Positions 9,440 through 18,301 of a stretch of DNA of 64,000 bases are shown piece after piece. The stretch spans positions 32,001-96,000 of the IMG/VR virus record IMGVR_UViG_2816332336_000005; one strand, written 5' to 3'. The notes beneath the pieces were generated by a model. The model saw nothing but the letters and a program-made list of their open reading frames with translations, was not told the origin of the DNA and did no database searches. The translations under genes were made by a program, and so were the position numbers. Every line of letters begins with the position of its first letter. Positions within the stretch are counted from its first letter, which is position 1. Source of the stretch: a virus (Duplodnaviria; Caudoviricetes).

Positions 9440-9688
9440 TTACACCATTACTGATAGAACGTTTTGCATGATGGACATTCCATCCATTCCACAGAAGAAC
9501 GCTACAGCCACCTCCTTCGCTCCTGTGGCTTCTATCCACGCTAGTCCCGTTTGGAAATCCAACGTTTTCTTATCTGTCTCCAGCTTGCTTATGCAACTTC
9601 TTGAACGATTGAGCTTTTCGGCTAATTGTTCTTGGCTTAACCCTGCTCTTTCTCTGCAAGCGTGCAGTATCGCTCCGAACTTCTTCAC
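9440..9688 (-). CDS. XRE-family HTH regulator
   Basis: RERAGLSQEQLAEKLNRSRSCISKLE. Confidence 0.85.
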   Translation of the reverse strand: MKKFGAILHACRERAGLSQEQLAEKLNRSRSCISKLETDKKTLDFQTGLAWIEATGAKEVAVAFFCGMDGMSIMQNVLSVMV

Positions 9689-9820
9689 TTTTCTCTCTCC
9701 TTCTTCAAACTTGTTCCATTTTGTTCCAAATAAGAACAGCCAAATTTGATAAGTTGTTTTACAATTAAAGTGTGTTCATCTTTCATGCTTTCCCTCGGGC
9801 TGCTCACCTGGGGGAATTTT

Positions 9821-10009
9821 TTAACCAACTTGATAACTTTCTTCTTCGGATTTACGCATCCATTCGTCGATAACTTCCTTTCGAAATAAGATGCGCCCTC
9901 TAACTCTTGTATTTGGTATCTGCTTTTTTCGAACCATTGTATAGATTGTGTCGGTGCTAACACCTAGATAAGTTGCTATTTCAGAAACGGACATTGTTGT
10001 TTTTGTCAT
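9821..10009 (-). CDS. Excisionase-like HTH DNA-binding protein
   Basis: MSVSEIATYLGVSTDTIYTMVRKKQIP...RILFRKEVIDEW. Confidence 0.85.
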   Translation of the reverse strand: MTKTTMSVSEIATYLGVSTDTIYTMVRKKQIPNTRVRGRILFRKEVIDEWMRKSEEESYQVG

Positions 10010-10094
10010 ATTAATTGCTCCTTTTTGAATTTTTTTACCTCTTTCTGGTAAAATGGAGTTGTCGAGACTACTTCTACTAGAAAGGGGGATAAAA

Positions 10095-10364
10095 ATGATT
10101 ACATATGCTGAAGTGAAATGTTACAACTGCGAAAATAAGTTTCCTGTATATTGGCATGATTGGGAAAAGAATTTACCTATTAAATGTCCTTTTTGTGTAA
10201 CTCAGTTTACTGACCGTCAAACTGAACATCTAAAACTTGCTCTTGGCACTGCCTCTGAATTAAATGGCAAGCTTAGAAGTGAAGCTATGGACGGTGGTGA
10301 CCTTTTCCAAGTTGATTTCAAACATGTATTTGTTCCAGTCGAAAAGTATCGTTTAGATGATTAA
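10095..10364 (+). CDS. Zn-ribbon hypothetical protein (opposite strand)
   Basis: CYNC...CPFC; SD AAAGGGGG. Confidence 0.65.
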   Translation: MITYAEVKCYNCENKFPVYWHDWEKNLPIKCPFCVTQFTDRQTEHLKLALGTASELNGKLRSEAMDGGDLFQVDFKHVFVPVEKYRLDD

Positions 10365-10539
10365 ACAGTTTTTCAGTTTGACTAGGATTGAGATTGTTTC
10401 GTTTTATAATGTTCGAAATTTCGGTTGTTATAATAGCGTAACAATCTCTTCCTAGTTCAATTTTCAATTCATTGGCTTCAAACTTATAACGCTCGATAAA
10501 ACTTTCTAGCTTTTCGGTCGGACTAGCCATTCTTATCAC
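10318..10539 (-). CDS. Phage hypothetical protein
   Basis: ORF directly after the Cro-like gene. Confidence 0.5.
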   Translation of the reverse strand: MIRMASPTEKLESFIERYKFEANELKIELGRDCYAIITTEISNIIKRNNLNPSQTEKLFNHLNDTFRLEQIHV

Positions 10540-10542
10540 CCC

Positions 10543-10779
10543 TTAGGCTGTTTTTTGTTCACTTTTGTGACCACAATCAATAAAAAAAATAACCTCAAAC
10601 TGTACTTCTAATGTTTCGCATATTTCTTTCGCTACTTGCGGACTTGGGTTTCGATTACCACTCTCCAGTAGGGAGATGTAAGACACCGCTTTATTAATTT
10701 CTCGTGCAAGACCTCGTTGAGAAAACCCTTTTTTTATTCGAGCCTGAGCAAAATCATGTACCTTAACCTTTATCTTCAT
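10543..10779 (-). CDS. Cro-like XRE HTH regulator
   Basis: ARIKKGFSQRGLAREINKAVSYISLLESGNRNPS; divergent from the repressor. Confidence 0.85.
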   Translation of the reverse strand: MKIKVKVHDFAQARIKKGFSQRGLAREINKAVSYISLLESGNRNPSPQVAKEICETLEVQFEVIFFIDCGHKSEQKTA

Positions 10780-10917
10780 TGTCACCATCCTTTCAACTGG
10801 TTCCTTATGTGACCATAATAACATTGAATGTAACTTTTTGCAACCGTTTTTGGTTCTTTTTGAAAACAATTGTTTTCATTCGTGAACATGGTAAAATAAA
10901 ACTAATTGTGCTCACAA
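10565..10917. promoter_or_regulatory. Genetic-switch operators, consensus TTGTG-N2-CACAA
   Basis: TTGTGACCACAA 10565-10576, ATGTGACCATAA 10807-10818, TTGTGCTCACAA 10906-10917. Confidence 0.6.
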
Positions 10918-10943
10918 ATGTTTACTAGAAAGGAGGAGACTCC

Positions 10944-11573
10944 TTGGATTTCGGTAAGTACCTAAAAAATATTCGGGAAAGTCGTTCCCTTTCTGTTAGG
11001 GAGTTAGCCAAAAGATCCGATGTGTCCCATTCCCATATTTCTCAAATCGAGACAGGTCAAAGAGGTATTCCAAAACCTGATACTATAAAAAAACTGGCTG
11101 ATGGGTTAAATATTCCCTTTGACGAACTGATGCAATACGCCGGATATATAGAACAATCTACTTATACTAATCAGGAAGAGTTTGATTCTTTAAATAGTAG
11201 CAGTGAAAGCCTCTCTAAAGCTGGTCAGAGAATCAAGCTGTTACGTGAAACAAGAAAATGGTCCCAGTTATTATTGTCTGAAAAACTTGGTATAAACAAT
11301 AGCGTTCTATCAAGAATTGAAGCTGGAAAGCGTGATGTAGAAGATTATTTGCTTAATAAAGCAGCAGATATTTTTGATGTAACATCTGATTATTTGCTCG
11401 GCAGGACAAATGATCCAAGCCCCAATAATGCGAAGTATAATGACAATGATTCGAATATAGGTCTAGCCTTTTCCGATGGTGGAGAAACAGAACTTACTGA
11501 GGAAGAAGAGTTATACCTTAAAGAGAGCTTAATGCTATTTAGAAGAATGAAAGAAAAACGTTCAAACAAATAA
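10944..11573 (+). CDS. Immunity repressor (ImmR/CI-like) with two XRE HTH domains
   Basis: Two HTH_3-like domains; divergent from Cro and upstream of ImmA. Confidence 0.88.
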   Translation: MDFGKYLKNIRESRSLSVRELAKRSDVSHSHISQIETGQRGIPKPDTIKKLADGLNIPFDELMQYAGYIEQSTYTNQEEFDSLNSSSESLSKAGQRIKLLRETRKWSQLLLSEKLGINNSVLSRIEAGKRDVEDYLLNKAADIFDVTSDYLLGRTNDPSPNNAKYNDNDSNIGLAFSDGGETELTEEEELYLKESLMLFRRMKEKRSNK

Positions 11574-11618
11574 TAGAACCTTTTTAGCCCTAAGGGCTAT
11601 TATTTTCAACTATAGATA

Positions 11619-11632
11619 CGAACATACGTTTG
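11619..11632. promoter_or_regulatory. SOS (LexA/DinR) box upstream of ImmA
   Basis: CGAACATACGTTTG versus Bacillus consensus CGAAC-N4-GTTCG. Confidence 0.7.
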
Positions 11633-11649
11633 AGGAACGAGGGGACATC

Positions 11650-12282
11650 ATGGATTTTTCACTTTATAAGACAATGCCATTAGAAGATTGGATTAACTCA
11701 ATTTATCTCCAAAACTCTATTTGTACTCCTGATGATCTTGAAATTGAACAGATTTCATCTATCTTTGGAGGAGAGGTTATCTATCTACCAACAAATTCTC
11801 ATGCCAGATGGATTGATGATGGAACTACTGAATTTCTTATAGTGGTGAATAGTCGTTTAGATGAGATAGCTATACGTGGTCAATTCTTTCATGAACTTTG
11901 TCACCCCCTTCGACACTCGGGAAATCAAAAAGTACTTCCCCGAGCATTCTGTGATTTACAAGAGGCACAAGCTTTTCATTTTCAATTGTACTCTTCAATA
12001 CCGTTTTATATGGTCAGAGAACTCGATCTCCCTCTGTATGAAAAAGACATATCTCAATATATAAGTCACACTTTCAAAGTGCCCATTGAACTTGCCACAC
12101 ATCGCTTTAAACAAATCAAAGCACGCATTCAACAGGAAGAATATCGACTCACTATTTCTACCCATCTTCAGGAATGGTATCGAAAATCTATTCCAGAAAA
12201 CTGGTCAGACGAGACGAAAACACTTTTCCGTCTGGCACTTAAAAGGAAGTTTGAAAAAGAAAGAGAAGTTGTCCTTAGCTAA
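11650..12282 (+). CDS. ImmA/IrrE-family metallopeptidase (anti-repressor)
   Basis: FFHELCH HExxH motif followed by QEAQA; lies between repressor and integrase. Confidence 0.9.
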   Translation: MDFSLYKTMPLEDWINSIYLQNSICTPDDLEIEQISSIFGGEVIYLPTNSHARWIDDGTTEFLIVVNSRLDEIAIRGQFFHELCHPLRHSGNQKVLPRAFCDLQEAQAFHFQLYSSIPFYMVRELDLPLYEKDISQYISHTFKVPIELATHRFKQIKARIQQEEYRLTISTHLQEWYRKSIPENWSDETKTLFRLALKRKFEKEREVVLS

Positions 12283-12378
12283 AAGTGGCTGTTTATCACA
12301 CTCTTTTTATAGGTTCTTTATGATTCCATTACTCTTTTAAAACGTAAGGAATTACTACATATAAAATCTGAAAATGAG

Positions 12379-13569
12379 GTGGAGAGATTGGCTAGCATTG
12401 AAAGACGGGGTAAAGACTCTTTTCGTTTGGTTGTGGAAGTTGGCTATGATGCAAACGGCAAACGAATTAAACGCACAAAGACTATTAAAGGTGTAGGTAA
12501 ACGTGAGGCAGAAAAAGAATTGGCCAAATTTATCATGGAAGTTGAGTCAGGAGAATACATTGCTCCAGAAAAAATGACATTAGCTACTTTTGTAGATGAG
12601 TGGAAAGAAAAATATGCTAAAAGGGAGTTAGCTCCTAAAACATTAGAGAATTATCTTATCCAAATCAATAATAGAATTCTTCCTGAATTTGGGCATATGA
12701 GATTAGATCAAATAAAGCCACTCCATATAATCACCTTCATTAATAAGCTTCAAGGTGAAGGTATTAGGAACGATAACAGAGAAGGAAAGCTTTCTTCTAG
12801 TATGATCGAATACATCCATAAAGTTCTTAAAAATATTTTCAATCGTGCTGTAGAATGGAAAGTCATAAAAAAACACCCGATGGAATCCTTAAAAAAGCCT
12901 AAGGTTGAACAAGAAGAAATGTCAGTTTATGAAGAAGAAGAGATTCGACTGCTCTTTATAGCACTAGAGAAAGAATCTTTAATGTGGAGAATCATGGTAA
13001 CCCTTGCTCTTACTTGCGGTCTGAGAAGAGGTGAATTACTTGCCTTAGAATGGGATAATGTGAACTTCGAGGAGAGTTATATCTATATTAAACATTCACT
13101 ATCCTATTCCAAAGAGTCTGGATACCTAATCAAAGAGCCTAAGACAAAAAACTCCAAAAGAAAAGTATCTATTCCTTTAAGTCTAATACCGGACCTAAAA
13201 GAATTAAAAAAGCAAGCAATGAAAGATCGGCTTAAAGCAGAGGAACTATGGGAAGGTGGAGAAAGATTTTTTGTATTTACTTCTTGGCATGGTAAGCCTC
13301 TATATCCATCAAGCGTAAAAACATGGTGGTCACGATTTACAAAAAGACACGCATTAAGATATATTCGTTTTCACGACTTACGCCACACATCAGCTACATT
13401 ACTTATCAACCAAGGTGTACACACTAAGATAGTTAGTCAAAGATTGGGACATGCGAAAACATCTACAACTAATGATATCTATGCTCATGTATTACTTTCT
13501 GCTGATAAAGAAACAGCCAAACATTTTGATTCTCTCCTACAAAATATATCAGTCCCCAAAAATGCATAA
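12379..13569 (+). CDS. int: Tyrosine integrase
   Basis: GLRRGELLAL, FHDLRHT, RLGH and IYAH catalytic R-HxxR-H-Y residues. Confidence 0.95.
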   Translation: MERLASIERRGKDSFRLVVEVGYDANGKRIKRTKTIKGVGKREAEKELAKFIMEVESGEYIAPEKMTLATFVDEWKEKYAKRELAPKTLENYLIQINNRILPEFGHMRLDQIKPLHIITFINKLQGEGIRNDNREGKLSSSMIEYIHKVLKNIFNRAVEWKVIKKHPMESLKKPKVEQEEMSVYEEEEIRLLFIALEKESLMWRIMVTLALTCGLRRGELLALEWDNVNFEESYIYIKHSLSYSKESGYLIKEPKTKNSKRKVSIPLSLIPDLKELKKQAMKDRLKAEELWEGGERFFVFTSWHGKPLYPSSVKTWWSRFTKRHALRYIRFHDLRHTSATLLINQGVHTKIVSQRLGHAKTSTTNDIYAHVLLSADKETAKHFDSLLQNISVPKNA

Positions 13570-13608
13570 CTCGAATTTTAGGCAACAAAAAAGAGGACAA
13601 AAAAAAGT

Positions 13609-13630
13609 TTCGTCCCCAATTCGTCCCCAA
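13609..13630. repeat. Tandem TTCGTCCCCAA repeat, probable integrase arm sites of prophage A
   Basis: Two exact adjacent copies, plus a partial GTCCCCAA at ~13552. Confidence 0.6.
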
Positions 13631-13682
13631 GTTAGAATTCAAGAGCCTGTACTAGTAAATTAAACAACCCTGTTACATCAAA

Positions 13683-13707
13683 AAAAGCCTTGATAATCAA
13701 GGCTTTT
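13683..13707. repeat. Perfect 12-bp inverted repeat next to att
   Basis: AAAAGCCTTGAT-A-ATCAAGGCTTTT. Confidence 0.65.
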
Positions 13708-13720
13708 AACGTTTCTGTTA

Positions 13721-13765
13721 TGGTGATCCGGACTGGGTTCGAACCAGCGACCCCCACCCTGTCAA
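13721..13765 (-). other. att core: 3' half of tRNA-Val(GAC), from anticodon loop to CCA
   Basis: Minus strand TTGACAG GGTGG GGGTC GCTGG TTCGAAC CCAGT CCGGATC ACCA; the 5' half of the tRNA is absent. Confidence 0.85.
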
Positions 13766-13787
13766 CTATCCGATTTGGGTTCGGAGC

Positions 13788-13858
13788 CTTTCCGTTATGT
13801 CCTCCCGCCTGTCCATCCGCTACATATCAACGTTTGTCCATCCGCTCTCTTTCCGTTA
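13788..13858. repeat. Direct repeats on the B side of att (arm/Xis-type sites)
   Basis: TGTCCATCCGCT at 13810 and 13835; CTTTCCGTTA at 13788 and 13849. Confidence 0.55.
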
Positions 13859-13946
13859 ATGAGTATTATACCGTACAGGAGCAGTAAACAGCAAATTTCT
13901 TGACCTACAGACTGGGTTGCAAATGTGCCCTCGGGTCTCTTCTATT

Positions 13947-14291
13947 TTAATCGGTAACGGACGCAATGTTCCCGAAATCAATCCACGTCCAATCCCCGTT
14001 TTCTTCCTCGATTCTAACTTGCTTCATAATCGTATCAAACGACTTGGCAACGCCCCTCACCGTCAGGAACTCGCCTCCATTCTCGGAGACTTCCCGCCAA
14101 TACTTAACGGTTATCTCGAAGTTATAACGTTTACTTTCCGTCAGCCTATAGTTAATCGCCATGATTTCGTCATGATCGAGGTCAGGCTTCGGTAGTAACG
14201 ATAGCTCTCTTCGGTGTTGCTCCGGCAATACCATACGCATGGAGCCGAATAAATCGTTAATCTTTGTTCGTTTTTGCATAGTAAAACTCAT
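13947..14291 (-). CDS. YolD-like protein
   Basis: SMRMVLPEQHR...KPDLDHDEI...ITVKYW...WIDFGNIASV. Confidence 0.85.
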   Translation of the reverse strand: MSFTMQKRTKINDLFGSMRMVLPEQHRRELSLLPKPDLDHDEIMAINYRLTESKRYNFEITVKYWREVSENGGEFLTVRGVAKSFDTIMKQVRIEEENGDWTWIDFGNIASVTD

Positions 14292-14571
14292 CCCCCGTCC
14301 ATAGCCAATCTATCAAGTCTAGGTTAGGTGATACGATGATGTCAACGATTTGATTGACGCGGATCGTATGTGAGCTCCAGTCCGTCAATAGCTTGATTTG
14401 TTCGTTATCATTAGCCGCGATCCAGCCCCATGACGTATGGGCTCCTGTTTGGTCCGACCAGATAACCAATAGTGGCCTGTTGTTGTTTATAGAATCGTTG
14501 ATGATATACTGTACGTCCTCTAATTGAGTACGAGAGATAGGTTTTATCGTCTCAACAAACAAATCCAGCAT
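14257..14571 (-). CDS. Second YolD-like protein
   Basis: KPISRTQLEDVQYIINDS...IRVNQIVDI; same layout as YolD, directly behind an SOS box. Confidence 0.6.
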   Translation of the reverse strand: MLDLFVETIKPISRTQLEDVQYIINDSINNNRPLLVIWSDQTGAHTSWGWIAANDNEQIKLLTDWSSHTIRVNQIVDIIVSPNLDLIDWLWTGDEFYYAKTNKD

Positions 14572-14595
14572 AATACCGCCGCCCTCTGTTTAAAT

Positions 14596-14609
14596 AGAAC
14601 ATTTGTTCC
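14596..14609. promoter_or_regulatory. SOS box upstream of the yolD-like pair
   Basis: AGAACATTTGTTCC. Confidence 0.75.
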
Positions 14610-14642
14610 TATTATATGCGAACAGAACGGGAACATGCAACC

Positions 14643-14688
14643 AAAAAAAAATCGCCCACCTACCAGCCATTAGGCCAATAAGTGGGCA
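14643..14688 (-). terminator. Terminator of the late/lysis operon
   Basis: GCCCAC...GTGGGC stem followed by a T tract on the minus strand. Confidence 0.55.
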
Positions 14689-14740
14689 GTAATTCTTTAT
14701 ATGGTTAGATTCAGTCTGGTCCAAGGTGAACTAGAGCTAT

Positions 14741-14992
14741 TTACTTTTTCCCCTCGCTACTGTCCGGCTTAACATACGAATATGCACCCGCCGCCGTCAG
14801 TCCGACCACAACCGTAGTCAATAGATTCGTCTTCAGCGCCCCGTCCGGTAAGAACACGAACACGCCCGAAAGCGCAATCGCTACTAACGGAGCAAACTTC
14901 GTCGGCACCCCGAATCCTTTCGCGATTCCCGTTAAAGCTGCCACGATTGCGGCTAGCGTCGCGATGTCATACGTAAGTTCCACGTTATACAC
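14741..14992 (-). CDS. Holin
   Basis: Three hydrophobic segments, KFAPLV and GLTAAGAYS; next to the endolysin. Confidence 0.85.
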   Translation of the reverse strand: MYNVELTYDIATLAAIVAALTGIAKGFGVPTKFAPLVAIALSGVFVFLPDGALKTNLLTTVVVGLTAAGAYSYVKPDSSEGKK

Positions 14993-15743
14993 CCGCCTTT
15001 CTCGCCGCCACCCGATCCACTAGTACAAAGACCAGCCACGGCATGTCCTCGATTACCTTCTGCGGCTCCTTCCGTAAACGCTCCTTCCATTCGGCCGCAT
15101 CCGACAGTAGTTCCTGTGCTGCGAGATTATCTATCGACTTATCCGCGAGTTCTAATTGCCATTCCTTTAACGCCAAGCTTACCGCCTCCTCGATTTTCAT
15201 TATAGGTACCGGGGCCACCGGCTTATCAAAACGGGTTAACTTATTTCCGTTTACAATCGACATGATTAACGTAACGTAATTCGGGTCAGTCGCGTACCCG
15301 CCCCGTTTGACCGCCTCCGCAAACTCCCGTGGAGTCTTCGCCTTCCATACGCCCGCATTCACGTAGCGCGGCTTCTTTAACAATGCGAAGTGGTCGTCGA
15401 TGGCCTCGCCGTAATTGTTGTACGCTCGGAACCGCGCCTTTACCTGTACCTTCGTCTTGGCACCGGAAGTACCAAGTATCTTTACAAGGTCACCGCTGGC
15501 CTTCGCCTTCGCTACGTCGGCCGCCGAATAATACTCCGTGGTCAAGATCGTAACGCTACCGGCCGGCCCCGTTCCTTTGATATTGCCGAGATTATACGAC
15601 TCGCGCCCCGTCACCATGTCGCGTGGTGTCCGTAAGTCCCATCCGACCTCTAGTATGAGTTGCGCGATAACGCCGGACGGGCACGGGTAACGCCCGACTA
15701 CATGCGGTGCTATTAACGAGATTAGCCGTTCTTGCTTCGTCAT
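14985..15743 (-). CDS. Endolysin, GH73 glucosaminidase/muramidase
   Basis: IAQLILEVGW, NLGNIK, FRAY, GGYATDPNY. Confidence 0.9.
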   Translation of the reverse strand: MTKQERLISLIAPHVVGRYPCPSGVIAQLILEVGWDLRTPRDMVTGRESYNLGNIKGTGPAGSVTILTTEYYSAADVAKAKASGDLVKILGTSGAKTKVQVKARFRAYNNYGEAIDDHFALLKKPRYVNAGVWKAKTPREFAEAVKRGGYATDPNYVTLIMSIVNGNKLTRFDKPVAPVPIMKIEEAVSLALKEWQLELADKSIDNLAAQELLSDAAEWKERLRKEPQKVIEDMPWLVFVLVDRVAARKAGV

Positions 15744-15753
15744 ATGTTCGACC

Positions 15754-16017
15754 TCATTTCGTTAGAAAATAAATAAGGATGGACCCGATAAAACTCGTTC
15801 CCATCCCGATGATTACGCCCCAGCTTCGGCGCGAATCCGACTTGATTTCCGCAATGTCACGCGCGTTCTCTTGGGCCAACGCTAGTGCTTCCCGTGCTTT
15901 GTCGTGTACTTGTTCGAGCTTTTCACGGTCACGCGATAAGTGGTCGACCTTTTCTTCCACGCGGACCATGCGCTCCCGTACGTCTTGTAAAATAGATACT
16001 GTATCGTGTTCTCCCAT
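15754..16017 (-). CDS. XhlA-like lysis membrane protein
   Basis: Coiled coil plus a single C-terminal TM helix, before the endolysin. Confidence 0.75.
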   Translation of the reverse strand: MGEHDTVSILQDVRERMVRVEEKVDHLSRDREKLEQVHDKAREALALAQENARDIAEIKSDSRRSWGVIIGMGTSFIGSILIYFLTK

Positions 16018-16028
16018 ACGCGCTCCTC

Positions 16029-16166
16029 CTAGAATTTGATTCCGGTAATTTCTTCGTAATCGGCCGGTGTGATCTCTCCATACGGGTTACTATCCGTTCT
16101 AACAGCCAGACGTAATTGCTCCGCGGTCACCCATTTGTACTGATATGCGATTCTCCAAAATTCCAT
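16029..16166 (-). CDS. XkdX-family small protein (45 aa, not in ORF track)
   Basis: MEFWRIAYQYKWVTAEQLRLAV...GEITPADYEEITGIKF. Confidence 0.85.
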   Translation of the reverse strand: MEFWRIAYQYKWVTAEQLRLAVRTDSNPYGEITPADYEEITGIKF

Positions 16167-16364
16167 TTATGCGCCACCCCTTATCTGAATTAATTCAAGC
16201 TTCAGGCCGGTAATTTCGCGGCCCAAAGTCTGGATTAAGATGTCTTTTTGTGCCAACTCCACTTTCTGCATTGCAAGTTCTTGGCCTAACGTCTGAAGGG
16301 GCAATTGTTCCTGCTCCCTCTCCTTCTCAATTTGAGATAATGCTTTTGGTTTAGTCAGGATCAA
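16167..16364 (-). CDS. XkdW-like tail-associated protein
   Basis: Repeated QTLG(Q/R)E coiled coil preceding XkdX. Confidence 0.65.
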   Translation of the reverse strand: MILTKPKALSQIEKEREQEQLPLQTLGQELAMQKVELAQKDILIQTLGREITGLKLELIQIRGGA

Positions 16365-18022
16365 TCGAATGCACCTCCGAATCCTCTTACGATAACTGGC
16401 TCAGTTGCTGTTCCTTTGGTGAATGAAAAACGTACGCTAACGCCCCATTTTTCTGCTGTTTTTTCCTTGTTGGTGAAGATGAAGCCTCGATTGAATTTGA
16501 CATGGTTGCTCGCGTCTTCCCATGTCGGCAACTCGTCGAATGCGTTGTTACATACCTCGGCTTTGTAATCGGCACCGGCAGGAATCGTCCCGTCGATTGT
16601 CACTAGGATGCGTTTGGCAGCTATGTCGGTACCGAATGGGTTCCTTAGAGCAAACGCTATCTTGTCGGCTGATCGTCGGAAGGTATACGATCGAGTCGAG
16701 GTCATCCCTTTGCTGTCGGTTGCCTCGATTATAAGGGTGTGTACCGCTGTCAAGGAGAGGCGTAACCATGTGTCCAGTGGGATTGTTGCAGTGTTTTCTT
16801 TGCTGTCAGTTCCAGCGAACGTGCGGATCACTTTGCCGTTGATTTTTTCTGTGATGGTAAATGCGTCACCCTCTGGCTCTGTGACGGTGTATGTTTTTGA
16901 CGGGATAGCGTTTAATACACCGAGGTCTACGTTTTGACCATTGATAACAGGAGGGCGATTGTGGACAACTCGGAACTTGCGGGTCACCTCGGTTGATTTA
17001 CCGCCTTGGTCGTCCTCTGCCCAGATGGTTAGGGTGTGATCGGTGTTTTCGGCTAGATCGGAGCCTGTGAGATCGGTGGTGCCGTCATAGAGACGTTTGG
17101 CTCGGAATGTTAGGGTTTTGGCAAAAGAAATAGGCGTGCTACCGTTGGATACTCCGGATTGCAACGCCCTTGTGGTGCCGTTGTTGATGCGGTATTTTAT
17201 TGTGACTACGTTGTCTTTGTCGGTGTCGGAGGCGGTGCCTTGGATGTTTAACGTAGCGTTTTCGATTAGAGTCTGGTTGTCGGATGGAGACGTGAGCGCT
17301 AGAGTAGGCGCTTGATTTAAAGCTTCGAGTACAGGGCGCCAACCTCTATCCCAGTCGGTAATTACATGATTTTCGTTACGGAGCCATCCCCAAAATCTAG
17401 CCGAATGATAACCTCGATTAGAGCAAACGTTAGTGGTTCCTATATAAGTCGTCTCTTGTCCCCATGAGAACACCCCCATCCAGTTCCAAAAACGGTTGTG
17501 AATACTGTCTTTGTCTACGCTATTTAACGATGTGTCAAGATCATATACGGTAGGAGACGGAATGCCATTTATTTTGTCCTCATTTGTGATATACCGGTCC
17601 CATTCATTACTTGTGGGAAACCCTCCAGTATACCCATTCCCACCTTCATCGCGAGATTGAGTTCCACAAGTTAACAAGCGAAGCTTGTACGGCTGACCAT
17701 CAATTGTTATTGTCTTGCCGAATACTCGATTGTCACTATTTAGAGCATACCAACTTACGCTAACAAGAATGACCCTATCACAAATAAGTAGCGTCTTATT
17801 TCCTTCTTGGATTTTATGCCAATATAGTCGGTTAGCTTCGACAGCATCCGTATCTCCAATATTCCAGTTCGTAATAACTGAGTCTGTTCTAAAATCAGCA
17901 ATATTACCGTTACCAGACCCTTCGAACGGTTCACCATATTGCCAAGGTCGTGTCGGTCTAGGGATTACCGTTGTTTTATTTCGTAATGTCCCCAACTTTA
18001 CTAATCCTTCATAAGTTGCCAT
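16361..18022 (-). CDS. Tail fibre/receptor-binding protein with Ig-like domains
   Basis: Position after the baseplate; NQAPTL/NRPPVI Ig-like linkers; N-terminal domain ends GWRPVLE. Confidence 0.75.
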   Translation of the reverse strand: MATYEGLVKLGTLRNKTTVIPRPTRPWQYGEPFEGSGNGNIADFRTDSVITNWNIGDTDAVEANRLYWHKIQEGNKTLLICDRVILVSVSWYALNSDNRVFGKTITIDGQPYKLRLLTCGTQSRDEGGNGYTGGFPTSNEWDRYITNEDKINGIPSPTVYDLDTSLNSVDKDSIHNRFWNWMGVFSWGQETTYIGTTNVCSNRGYHSARFWGWLRNENHVITDWDRGWRPVLEALNQAPTLALTSPSDNQTLIENATLNIQGTASDTDKDNVVTIKYRINNGTTRALQSGVSNGSTPISFAKTLTFRAKRLYDGTTDLTGSDLAENTDHTLTIWAEDDQGGKSTEVTRKFRVVHNRPPVINGQNVDLGVLNAIPSKTYTVTEPEGDAFTITEKINGKVIRTFAGTDSKENTATIPLDTWLRLSLTAVHTLIIEATDSKGMTSTRSYTFRRSADKIAFALRNPFGTDIAAKRILVTIDGTIPAGADYKAEVCNNAFDELPTWEDASNHVKFNRGFIFTNKEKTAEKWGVSVRFSFTKGTATEPVIVRGFGGAFD

Positions 18023-18301
18023 CTACAAAACCACCAGCCTTTTATTAGCCTCGTCATACCAACCTTCTGTTAACGTGATATCGTCCAGTGTTGCAAAGTT
18101 CTCAAAAAACACATTGTCCGTAAAGTTGTTAAACACCGCATCTTTTATCGTCTTCACATCAATCTGCAAAGCCGAAATAGTCACTGTGTGCTGTTCCAGT
18201 AACTTGTGCGCATCGTCTATTCCTTTTTCCCATCGGTTGACGTCGCCCTCCGTGATATCATCTTCGAACTCCCAATCAAGCCGTGCGCTATACGACATCA
18301 A
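18023..18301 (-). CDS. Tail fibre-associated protein
   Basis: DW...DVNRWEKGIDDAH motif typical of fibre anchors. Confidence 0.65.
   Translation of the reverse strand: MMSYSARLDWEFEDDITEGDVNRWEKGIDDAHKLLEQHTVTISALQIDVKTIKDAVFNNFTDNVFFENFATLDDITLTEGWYDEANKRLVVL

Larger units (their letters stand above)
1..13765. mobile_element. Prophage A (partial; packaging start, early/replication and lysogeny modules)
   Basis: Terminase, replication, repressor, ImmA and tyrosine integrase in typical temperate-phage order, ending at a tRNA-derived att core. Confidence 0.93.

Noticed and set aside
13721-13765. Complete tRNA gene
   Set aside because: Only the anticodon loop through CCA is present; the upstream sequence cannot form the D arm or 5' acceptor strand
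16361-18022. Complete diversity-generating retroelement
   Set aside because: No reverse transcriptase and no template repeat noticed in the window
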